Sequence record: CM069771.1
Length of the DNA: 32,000 bases
Reading direction: 5' to 3' (one strand)
Below, piece by piece: positions 18,494 to 26,061 of this stretch; within the stretch, counting starts at the first letter, position 1; each line of letters starts with the position of its first letter. The notes beneath the pieces were generated by a model. The model was not told the origin of the DNA. It made no database searches and worked only from the letters and a program-made list of their open reading frames with translations. A program made the position numbers and the translations under genes.

Positions 18494-19056
18494 TGGATAT
18501 CTTACAAACATATAAAGCAAGAATAATAAGCAAATATTTATTAAATACGTTTAGTAGTAAAAATGGAACCCGATATCGAAAAGTTGCAATTGATACCGTA
18601 CAAGTAAAAATGAATTATAGAAAAACGAAAAAAGAAGTGTATCAAATAATGGAATTAGTAAGTTTATTTGAACAATTAACTGGAGAAAAACCATTAATAA
18701 AAATAAATGATAGTACAGAAAAAAATAATGTAGTAAAAGCAGATGATTGTCAATTAACAGTACGATTAAGAAGAGCAAAAGCAAATATTTTTATTAATGC
18801 ATTAGTATATATAGGATTAGGAGAAAGAAATCAATTTACATTAACAGAAACAAATAATATAGATTTAAAAAATTTAATGATAAGATATAGATATAAAAAT
18901 TTAAAAATATTTAGGTCGTTATTAGTAAGAAAAGATATGAATTTAGAAGCGAAATTGTTAATAGAACTACGGTATAAACCGATAGGATTAAAAAAAGGAC
19001 AATTAACAAAATATAAATTTTATTTAGCAAAAAGAAATGAATTTAAAATAAAATAA
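18493..19056 (+). CDS. rpl5: Ribosomal protein L5
   Basis: 187 aa. LTGEKPLIK parallels ISGQKPLIT, and TVRLRRAKANIFINALVYIGL parallels [21 protein letters not shown] of E. coli L5. It lies in the conserved rpl14-rpl5-rps14 position and is joined to rpl14 by TAATG (1-nt overlap). Confidence 0.85.
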   Translation: MDILQTYKARIISKYLLNTFSSKNGTRYRKVAIDTVQVKMNYRKTKKEVYQIMELVSLFEQLTGEKPLIKINDSTEKNNVVKADDCQLTVRLRRAKANIFINALVYIGLGERNQFTLTETNNIDLKNLMIRYRYKNLKIFRSLLVRKDMNLEAKLLIELRYKPIGLKKGQLTKYKFYLAKRNEFKIK

Positions 19057-19361
19057 TGAAAATAGTAAGAAAAAATAAAAAAGATAAAGAAAGAAGAGAA
19101 GTATATAAACATGCAGAAAAAATGAAAAATATGTATAAAATGTTAAGAAGAAATGAATTATTGGATCAAGAAACACGAAATTACTTTAATATGAAATTAA
19201 TAGGAAGTACAAAAGATAGTTCAATTAGTAGAATAAAAAATAGATGTATAGAAACAGGAAGATCAAGAGGAATAATAAGTGCATATAGAATTTCAAGATT
19301 ACGATTTCGAGAATATATGAAACTGGGGTTAATAAGTGGAGTAAAAAAAAGAAGTTATTAA
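19056..19361 (+). CDS. rps14: Ribosomal protein S14
   Basis: 101 aa with RIKNRCIETGRSRGIISAYRISRLRFREYMKLGLISGVKKRSY, the canonical S14 C-terminus. Confidence 0.95.
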   Translation: MKIVRKNKKDKERREVYKHAEKMKNMYKMLRRNELLDQETRNYFNMKLIGSTKDSSISRIKNRCIETGRSRGIISAYRISRLRFREYMKLGLISGVKKRSY

Positions 19362-19819
19362 TGAAGAAACTACAAAATGTATTTGCAGCAATAAAGACAG
19401 GAGTAATTTCACAAGCAACATGTGTGACCGTAGTAGGATCAAAACGAGTAATCGATTTATTAAGTATTTTTGAAGCGGAAGGATTAATAAGAGGATTTCA
19501 AATAATAGATATAACAACAAATAAAATCAGTATTTATTTAAAATATAAACAAGATATGACAAGTTTATTATCAAGTATAAAAGCAGTATCGGTAAATCGA
19601 GAAAAAATGTATATAAAAGGAAAACAAATAAAAAAAGTAAAACCAAGAATAAATATGTATTTTATTGAAAGTAAATTTGGGTTAAAAACAATACCACAAT
19701 TAAAATTAAGAAATAAACATTTAAGGAATCCATTAGGCGGGGAAATAAAGTATATAGTAGAACTAAATAAAGTAAATCCAAAATTACAAGAATTATTAAA
19801 AAAAAAAAATGAAATATAG
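19361..19819 (+). CDS. rps8: Ribosomal protein S8
   Basis: 152 aa. Conserved position, with [11 protein letters not shown] parallel to the E. coli S8 segment LKEEGFIEDFK and a C-terminal [11 protein letters not shown] parallel to GLGGEIICYV. Confidence 0.88.
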   Translation: MKKLQNVFAAIKTGVISQATCVTVVGSKRVIDLLSIFEAEGLIRGFQIIDITTNKISIYLKYKQDMTSLLSSIKAVSVNREKMYIKGKQIKKVKPRINMYFIESKFGLKTIPQLKLRNKHLRNPLGGEIKYIVELNKVNPKLQELLKKKNEI

Positions 19820-20321
19820 TCAAAACAAAAGTTTAAATAAATTTGAAATTGAATATAAAATAGAGAAGAACGCGGTCAGAATAAAAAGTAGCGGAAAAAT
19901 GGGAATTATAACAAAAGAATTAAAATTAAAAGAAGTAGTAATAAACTCAAATAATTTATATTATTTAAAAAATCATGGAGATAGTAGAATTATAATCGGG
20001 ACGATGAAACAACAAATACAAGGAGTATTAGCCGGATTTTGTATTGAAATTAAATTAGTCGGATTAGGATATGTGGTTCATAAAGTAGAAAATACATTAG
20101 TATTAGATGTGGGATTTAGTCATTATCGAAGTTGTAAGATACCAGGAGATGTATTAGTAAAAATAGAAGGATCTCAAATCATATTATATAGTATAAATAA
20201 AGAAAAAGTAACAACATTTGTAAGTTTATTAAAGAGCTTTAAAAAAATAAATGTATATAAAGGTACTGGAATATTAGGTATAAATGAAAAAGTAAAATTG
20301 AAAAAAGGAAAAGTAAGATAA
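19809..20321 (+). CDS. rpl6: Ribosomal protein L6
   Basis: 170 aa. [18 protein letters not shown] and the C-terminal NVYKGTGI are L6-like, and it holds the conserved position after rps8. It overlaps rps8 by 11 nt. Confidence 0.88.
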   Translation: MKYSQNKSLNKFEIEYKIEKNAVRIKSSGKMGIITKELKLKEVVINSNNLYYLKNHGDSRIIIGTMKQQIQGVLAGFCIEIKLVGLGYVVHKVENTLVLDVGFSHYRSCKIPGDVLVKIEGSQIILYSINKEKVTTFVSLLKSFKKINVYKGTGILGINEKVKLKKGKVR

Positions 20322-20322
20322 A

Positions 20323-20835
20323 ATGGGAATTGTAATAGGAAAAATAGAATTAGATAGTAAAAAACAAATAGTAAGTGAACTAAAAAAGAAAATTAAAGGT
20401 ATAAATTTAAATACAGCAAAAAAAATTATAATGTTAAGTGGAAATTTAGAGCGATTAACAGGAAAATATTTATTAAAAAGTCAAGAAAAACAAATAGTTG
20501 AAATTATTCAAACATTTAAGGGGTTATATGAATATACTTATGGATTAAAAGCAGAAGCGTTTGAAAAAATAAGAAGAATTGAAAATGCGTATAGATATAT
20601 TCGATTTAGAAAAGGGTATCCAGTAAGAGGAAGAACGAAAAGTAATGCGAAAACAGCAGGAAGACTTGGATTAAAAGCAGAAGTAAAATTAACAAAAAAT
20701 GTTGATGTATTAAAAAAAAAACCAACAAATAGAAAAGAACGAAGATTGTTTAATAAAATTAAAAAATTACAAGAAAAACATAATAAACAACAAAATAAAA
20801 CTAAAAAGAAGATAAAATGGAAAAAAAAAAAATAG
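20323..20835 (+). CDS. rps13: Ribosomal protein S13 with a Lys-rich C-terminal tail
   Basis: 170 aa. AYRYIRFRKGYPVRGRTKSNAKTAGR matches the S13 motif [26 protein letters not shown]. Confidence 0.93.
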   Translation: MGIVIGKIELDSKKQIVSELKKKIKGINLNTAKKIIMLSGNLERLTGKYLLKSQEKQIVEIIQTFKGLYEYTYGLKAEAFEKIRRIENAYRYIRFRKGYPVRGRTKSNAKTAGRLGLKAEVKLTKNVDVLKKKPTNRKERRLFNKIKKLQEKHNKQQNKTKKKIKWKKKK

Positions 20836-21200
20836 CGAATAAAGTAAAGAGAGATATGTTAGAAGAGAAACTAGAGCGATTAGACTTAATCTTTACAAAG
20901 TATGTGGAATTAAAACTACCATTAGAAATTTTACGAAATTTATGGTTATATAAATTTATTAGAAGAAAAAATAATTTAATAGGACCATTGAATAATCAAA
21001 TATTAAGTCCATATTTACAATTTAATTTATATTTTGATGAAAAAAAAGCACGAAAAGAGACTTTAAAAATATATATGAAAAAATGCATGTTTGTAATAGG
21101 TCATGTATTATATTTAAGTAGTATTGCATATTATGATAGTTTTTTATATGATATTGTAATGAATAACTGGTTAGAAGAAATAATGAGAACAAAATATTAA
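20817..21200 (+). CDS. Unassigned 127-aa ORF between rps13 and rps11
   Basis: The ORF fills the whole gap, overlapping rps13 by 19 nt and ending 1 nt before the next ATG. It uses the same A/T-ending codons as its neighbours. I recognise no family motif. It has one hydrophobic stretch (CMFVIGHVLYLSSIAYY). Confidence 0.45.
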   Translation: MEKKKIANKVKRDMLEEKLERLDLIFTKYVELKLPLEILRNLWLYKFIRRKNNLIGPLNNQILSPYLQFNLYFDEKKARKETLKIYMKKCMFVIGHVLYLSSIAYYDSFLYDIVMNNWLEEIMRTKY

Positions 21201-21201
21201 A

Positions 21202-23724
21202 ATGAAAGTAACAAAAAAAAACTTTACAAAAAAAAGGGGGGTCCAGACGAAGCAAGTAATATTTAGTAAGAAGAATGGTAGTTATAAAAATCCAATAAAC
21301 GCAAAAAGCGCACAAAACATAGTAAAAAAATTACCATTAAGTGCGTATTTAAGACTCGTAAAAGCGAGATTCTTTAAGAATGATACTCTGAAATTGACAG
21401 ATATCTTAACAACATCAATGAATAGACCACAAGTACTTAATATAAAGGAAATGGGCAGCGCAATCGACGAAGGCGACTCTTCGAAACGAATAGTAGCGTT
21501 TAACACACCTGTGAAGGCCGTGGACTATAAAGTAAATTTAGAGAACGTTCGACCAGTAGAAAGAGTGCTAATAAAAAATATAAATTTCCCATTAAAGTTA
21601 AAGTCACTTAAAGAAACAAATCAAATCGGAGTAGTATTAAAAGATGAAGTAAGTAGCTTACGAAGTAGTAGACTTCATTTATTAAAAGTATCTTATGAGT
21701 TACAAAAGAGAGCTTTAAATAGAAAGGCTGTCGGAGTATCTTATAAAAAAAAAATTCAAAATAGCAGAAAAAGTAGTCTATTAACTCAATTAGTATTATT
21801 AAAAAAAAGAGAACAACAAAAGCAGAAACGAATAAGAAGCCTAAAAACGACTGTGACTAGTTATGCAACACAAAGGGCAATGCATTTAGGACGAAATGAA
21901 GTCGCTGCATTACAAAAAAAAAGTAAAAAAAAAGTAGGTAAGTTAATTCGAGAGTTGACACAGAAACAACGGAGATTGATCAAGGTGAAACAAAAAGAAG
22001 AGCGATTTAAGAAACAGCGATATGTCTTTTTAAAAAGTAAAGCACTCCCAGATTATGAGAAGGTATTACCATTATATTTTGAGATTGCAAGAGAACAAGA
22101 TGCTTATTGGAAAAAGAGACAAGAGCAATATGGAAAAAAGAGAAATAAAAAGAAGTGGGTTCCAAGAACAAAAGTACAAAAGAAGATAGTCGAGAAAAAA
22201 TTGAAACGAAGTAAAATTCGGAATGAAAAAAAGGAGCAAAAAATCCCAGGACAATTAAATACGTTAAAAAGACTACAACAATCGAATATAGAAAAGATTT
22301 TAAATAATTATAAGGAGCCGTTTACAAGTACGAGTCGAGCTATAGAGAATCGTTATATAACAATAGAGTCATATTTAAATGAAACACAACAAAGAACACA
22401 AATACAATTAAGAAAAACAATAACAAAACAAAAAGAGTTAGTAAAGAATAAAAGAGTAGTAGAAAAACATAAAAAAAATGTAAAAATACAAATAGCAAAA
22501 AAATTATTAACTTTAGTATTAAAGAAACAAGAAAAACAAGAAGAAATAAAAAAAGAGTTAATAATAAAATTAATATTAAATATACTAAGAGGAAAAGGTG
22601 CGGCAAATGCAGAAGGAAAAGATACTGGATTATATCAATATTTAAGAGGAATAAAAGAATTATTAGAATGTAAAGCGCAAACAGTCGAATATATCGATGA
22701 GAACATGAAAATGAGACTAATACAAGAAGTGTTACCATACAAAAAATTAGCAACAATAGTGGAAACAACACAAGAATTATTAAAAAAAAGAATCGAAGTA
22801 TTCAGGGTAGAAAATGAAAAACCCCGAAAAAGAGTAGAAGCAAAAATATATAAAGCATATAAAGATAAATTTGTAACAAAAATAAGAGAATATGCAAAAG
22901 TGGCAAAAAAAAGATATAGACAATATGGAAAAAATATTAGAAATAGATATAATATTTTAAATAATATAATAGCAGAAGAAAGTCAAGTATATAATTTAAG
23001 ATTACCAAAACAGCGAGTAAAAGTACCATCATTATATAAAATATATAAGATGGTTAGAAAAAATGAACTAAGTACCTATAGAAGAAATAGAAAAAGAAAA
23101 GTAACACCATATCTACTGAAAAAAAAATTAAGAACAATTTATAATAAAATACAATTTTTAAAACGACAAGCAATTAGAGATGAAAAAGCAAGATTAAAAG
23201 GAAAAAAAGTACCAATAAGAAACGTAGGAGCAAAAAAAGGAAAAAAAAGAAGAAAAATAGAAAAGAAAGCATTAAGACAAGGAGTATTAAAAATAAAATT
23301 AAAAAGAAGAAATATGTTTTTAGTATTTCAAAATTTAAGAACAAAGAAAGTGGAAGCGGTATTCTCAGCAAGACAAGAATATTATAGAATATTTAATTCA
23401 AGGGAACCCGAGGCAATAACACAAAAAAGAAAGAAAGAAATGAAATCGACGGCACTAAAACCAAAAGGGCCTATCGGAAGGTATATCTCAACAGAAATCT
23501 TTAGAAGACGAGTGATAACACAAGCATTATTAAATTTAAGACATATAGTAAACTATAATGTATTAGATATAGAATTAAAAAAACGAACAAAACATCCAAT
23601 AGTAAAAACAATATTATATAAAAATTGGTATGTATATAGCAACGAAGGCTTACTACGAATGTATAAATTTACAAAAAACAAAGCACACGGTAGTATGCGA
23701 AAGAAAAAAAGAAGAAGAATTTAA
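21202..23724 (+). CDS. rps11: Ribosomal protein S11 with a 693-aa N-terminal extension (840 aa in total)
   Basis: The last 147 aa or so (nt 23281..23721) read GVLKIKLKRRNMFLVFQNLRTKK ... FTKNKAHGSMRKKKRRRI. These align by eye with E. coli S11 [22 protein letters not shown] ... VTPIPHNGCRPPKKRRV. Its position after rps13 is conserved. Confidence 0.8.
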   Translation: MKVTKKNFTKKRGVQTKQVIFSKKNGSYKNPINAKSAQNIVKKLPLSAYLRLVKARFFKNDTLKLTDILTTSMNRPQVLNIKEMGSAIDEGDSSKRIVAFNTPVKAVDYKVNLENVRPVERVLIKNINFPLKLKSLKETNQIGVVLKDEVSSLRSSRLHLLKVSYELQKRALNRKAVGVSYKKKIQNSRKSSLLTQLVLLKKREQQKQKRIRSLKTTVTSYATQRAMHLGRNEVAALQKKSKKKVGKLIRELTQKQRRLIKVKQKEERFKKQRYVFLKSKALPDYEKVLPLYFEIAREQDAYWKKRQEQYGKKRNKKKWVPRTKVQKKIVEKKLKRSKIRNEKKEQKIPGQLNTLKRLQQSNIEKILNNYKEPFTSTSRAIENRYITIESYLNETQQRTQIQLRKTITKQKELVKNKRVVEKHKKNVKIQIAKKLLTLVLKKQEKQEEIKKELIIKLILNILRGKGAANAEGKDTGLYQYLRGIKELLECKAQTVEYIDENMKMRLIQEVLPYKKLATIVETTQELLKKRIEVFRVENEKPRKRVEAKIYKAYKDKFVTKIREYAKVAKKRYRQYGKNIRNRYNILNNIIAEESQVYNLRLPKQRVKVPSLYKIYKMVRKNELSTYRRNRKRKVTPYLLKKKLRTIYNKIQFLKRQAIRDEKARLKGKKVPIRNVGAKKGKKRRKIEKKALRQGVLKIKLKRRNMFLVFQNLRTKKVEAVFSARQEYYRIFNSREPEAITQKRKKEMKSTALKPKGPIGRYISTEIFRRRVITQALLNLRHIVNYNVLDIELKKRTKHPIVKTILYKNWYVYSNEGLLRMYKFTKNKAHGSMRKKKRRRI

Positions 23725-23739
23725 GAGGAATTAACGAAA

Positions 23740-23813
23740 GGCCCAATAACTCAGTTGGTTAGAGTGTTCGTTTGATAAGCGGAAAGTCAGAGGTTCGAGT
23801 CCTCTTTGGGGGA
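23740..23813 (+). tRNA. trnI: tRNA-Ile (anticodon GAT), copy 1 of a tandem pair
   Basis: 74 nt. D arm actc-agttggtta-gagt, anticodon stem-loop ttcgt-ttGATaa-gcgga, T arm agagg-ttcgagt-cctct. Acceptor ggcccaa/ttggggg has G:G mismatches at 1:72 and 2:71. Confidence 0.9.
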
Positions 23814-23814
23814 T

Positions 23815-23888
23815 AACCTAATAACTCAGTTGGTTAGAGTGTTCGTTTGATAAGCGGAAAGTCAGAGGTTCGAGTCCTCTTTAGGGGA
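23815..23888 (+). tRNA. trnI: tRNA-Ile (anticodon GAT), copy 2 of a tandem pair
   Basis: The internal 59 nt are identical to copy 1. Acceptor aacctaa/ttagggg has A:G mismatches at 1:72 and 2:71. A 1-nt spacer separates it from copy 1. Confidence 0.9.
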
Positions 23889-23906
23889 TAGAGAGAGAAA
23901 GAAAGA

Positions 23907-23979
23907 ATGGGTATAGCTTAAATGGATAGAGCATTGGATTGTGACTTCAAAGATACCGGTTCGATTCCGGTTACCTACC
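23907..23979 (+). tRNA. trnH: tRNA-His (anticodon GTG)
   Basis: 73 nt. D arm gctt-aaatggata-gagc, anticodon stem-loop ttgga-ttGTGac-ttcaa, T arm accgg-ttcgatt-ccggt. Acceptor atgggta/tacctac has an A1:C72 mismatch, the discriminator is C73, and position -1 is A rather than G. Confidence 0.9.
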
Positions 23980-24003
23980 CAGAAACGAAGAAAAAGAAAA
24001 CGA

Positions 24004-26061
24004 ATGATAATAAGATTTAAAATAAATGAAATAGAATGTGAAGTAAATGAGGAAAAGGAAGAAATGACCATATTACAAGCGTGTACGGCAAATGGTATAG
24101 AAATACCAAGATTTTGTTATCATGAAAAATTAACAATAGCAGGAAATTGTCGAATGTGTTTAGTATATGTTACAAATGAAGAAAAACTATTAGCGGCATG
24201 TGGAATCCCATTGGATGAGAACTTTGACGATGAAAGTATAGAAACGGAAATAGATGAAATATTAAAAGCGAGAGAAGGAGTAATGGAATTTTTATTAATA
24301 AACCATCCATTAGATTGTCCAATCTGTGATCAAGGAGGAGAATGTGATTTACAAGAACAAACATTAGCCTATGGATTAGATACAGGAAGATTTTATATAA
24401 AAAAACGAGCAGTAGAAATAAAAGCGTTTGGACGATTAATAAAAGGAATAATGACAAGATGTATACATTGTACAAGATGTGTTCGATTCTTAACAGAAAT
24501 CGCAGGAGTAAATGAATTAGGAGTTTTAGGAAGAGGTTATAATATGGAAATTGGGACTTATAAAAAAGATGTATTAATAGAAAGTGAATTATCAGGAAAT
24601 ATAATTGATTTATGTCCAGTAGGAGCATTAACATCAGCGGTATATGCATATAAAGGACGACCTTGGGAATTAAAAAATGTAAAAGGAATCGATATATTTG
24701 ATTCTGTATTAACACCAATTAATTATCAAGTGAAAGGAGGAGAAATATTTCGAATCTTACCAAGAATAAATGATAGACTAAATGAAGAATGGATAACGGA
24801 TAAAGTAAGATTTCATTATGAAAGTTATAAAGTGATTGAAAAATTGAGAAAAGAAACACCAAGTTATAAAATACAAGAGAATAAATATATGGAATTAAGT
24901 TGGAAAACAGCATTAAAAATAGTATTTAAAGTATTATTAAATAAACAAAATAAAGTAGATGTAATAATAGGATCAAAAATAAATACTACGAATTTAAGAA
25001 TATATAAAGAATTAATGAATCGATTAGGAAGTAAAAATTATATAACAGAAAATGGATTATTATATAAAAAATTTAATTATGATTTTAGAGAAAATTATTT
25101 AAATAGTAATGATTTATATACTGTAGATAAAAATGATTTAGTATTATTATGTGGAGTGAATTTACGATTAGAAAGTCCATTATTAAATATCAAATTACGA
25201 AATATAAATTTTGGAGATGATGAAATAGAGACAGTAAAAAAAATAGGAATAATAGGAAATAAATTTGAGTGGAAAGATGAAAGTGAATATTTAGGATCAA
25301 CAGTAAATAGTATGTTAAAATTATTTGAAGGTAGATTACAATATTGTCAACAAATTAAAAAAAGTAAATTACCATTAGTAATCATAGGAACAAGTTTATT
25401 AACAAGAGTATCATTAACAATACAAGAAATAAGAGCAGCACTGACAAAAGTAAGTAATGTGAAACCAGAAAATGTAGTCGTAATAACACAAGGAGCAAAT
25501 TTTGGAATGGCACTAGAAGAAGGAGTGTTTAAAGAAAATTTTAGTAAAGGTGGAAATGTATTATATAGTATTGATAGTAATGAATTTAAGATCTCAGAGA
25601 ACATAAATTATGTAATATATCAAGGAATTATAAATGATACCTTTGAAAATAAAATTGATTTATACTTACCAAGTAAACATTATTTTGAAGATTTTGACGG
25701 AGAAAGAGAAGTATATATTAATATGTTTGGACAAAGAAGTGAAATGGAAAAATTAAAAATAAGTAAAGGAAATAAAATAAAAGAAAATAGTATGATAGGA
25801 TATATACAATTAATGTATTTAAATAATAAAGAAATAAAAAGAAAAGAAAAAGAACAAAAAGAGATGGAAATAAGATATAGAGAAGCACCAGAAAGAAAAA
25901 TAAAAATAAATAAAAATATAACAATAAATAATATAATAGAAAACTATTATATGACAGATATAAATATAAGATTAAGTAAAAATTTAATGATAACAGGACA
26001 AAATAGAAAAGAAAAAAAAATAATAGAAGCAGGAATTTGGAAAAATAAAAAATGTATATAG
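24004..26061 (+). CDS. nad11: NADH dehydrogenase subunit 11 (75-kDa / NuoG homologue)
   Basis: Fe-S cluster motifs are CYHEKLTIAGNCRMCLV, HPLDCPICDQGGECDLQ, RCIHCTRCVRF and LCPVGALT. The conserved C-terminal ENYYMTD is also present. I place the start at ATG 24004 (MIIRFKINE...), because the track's GTG at 23941 lies inside trnH. Confidence 0.95.
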   Translation: MIIRFKINEIECEVNEEKEEMTILQACTANGIEIPRFCYHEKLTIAGNCRMCLVYVTNEEKLLAACGIPLDENFDDESIETEIDEILKAREGVMEFLLINHPLDCPICDQGGECDLQEQTLAYGLDTGRFYIKKRAVEIKAFGRLIKGIMTRCIHCTRCVRFLTEIAGVNELGVLGRGYNMEIGTYKKDVLIESELSGNIIDLCPVGALTSAVYAYKGRPWELKNVKGIDIFDSVLTPINYQVKGGEIFRILPRINDRLNEEWITDKVRFHYESYKVIEKLRKETPSYKIQENKYMELSWKTALKIVFKVLLNKQNKVDVIIGSKINTTNLRIYKELMNRLGSKNYITENGLLYKKFNYDFRENYLNSNDLYTVDKNDLVLLCGVNLRLESPLLNIKLRNINFGDDEIETVKKIGIIGNKFEWKDESEYLGSTVNSMLKLFEGRLQYCQQIKKSKLPLVIIGTSLLTRVSLTIQEIRAALTKVSNVKPENVVVITQGANFGMALEEGVFKENFSKGGNVLYSIDSNEFKISENINYVIYQGIINDTFENKIDLYLPSKHYFEDFDGEREVYINMFGQRSEMEKLKISKGNKIKENSMIGYIQLMYLNNKEIKRKEKEQKEMEIRYREAPERKIKINKNITINNIIENYYMTDINIRLSKNLMITGQNRKEKKIIEAGIWKNKKCI

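Noticed and set aside
23941-24003. N-terminal 21 codons of the track ORF for nad11, which starts at GTG 23941.
   Set aside because: This segment lies largely inside trnH (23907..23979). The peptide MTSKIPVRFRLPTQKRRKRKR is not part of conserved Nad11. ATG 24004 (MIIRFKINE...) sits just before the conserved 2Fe-2S domain.
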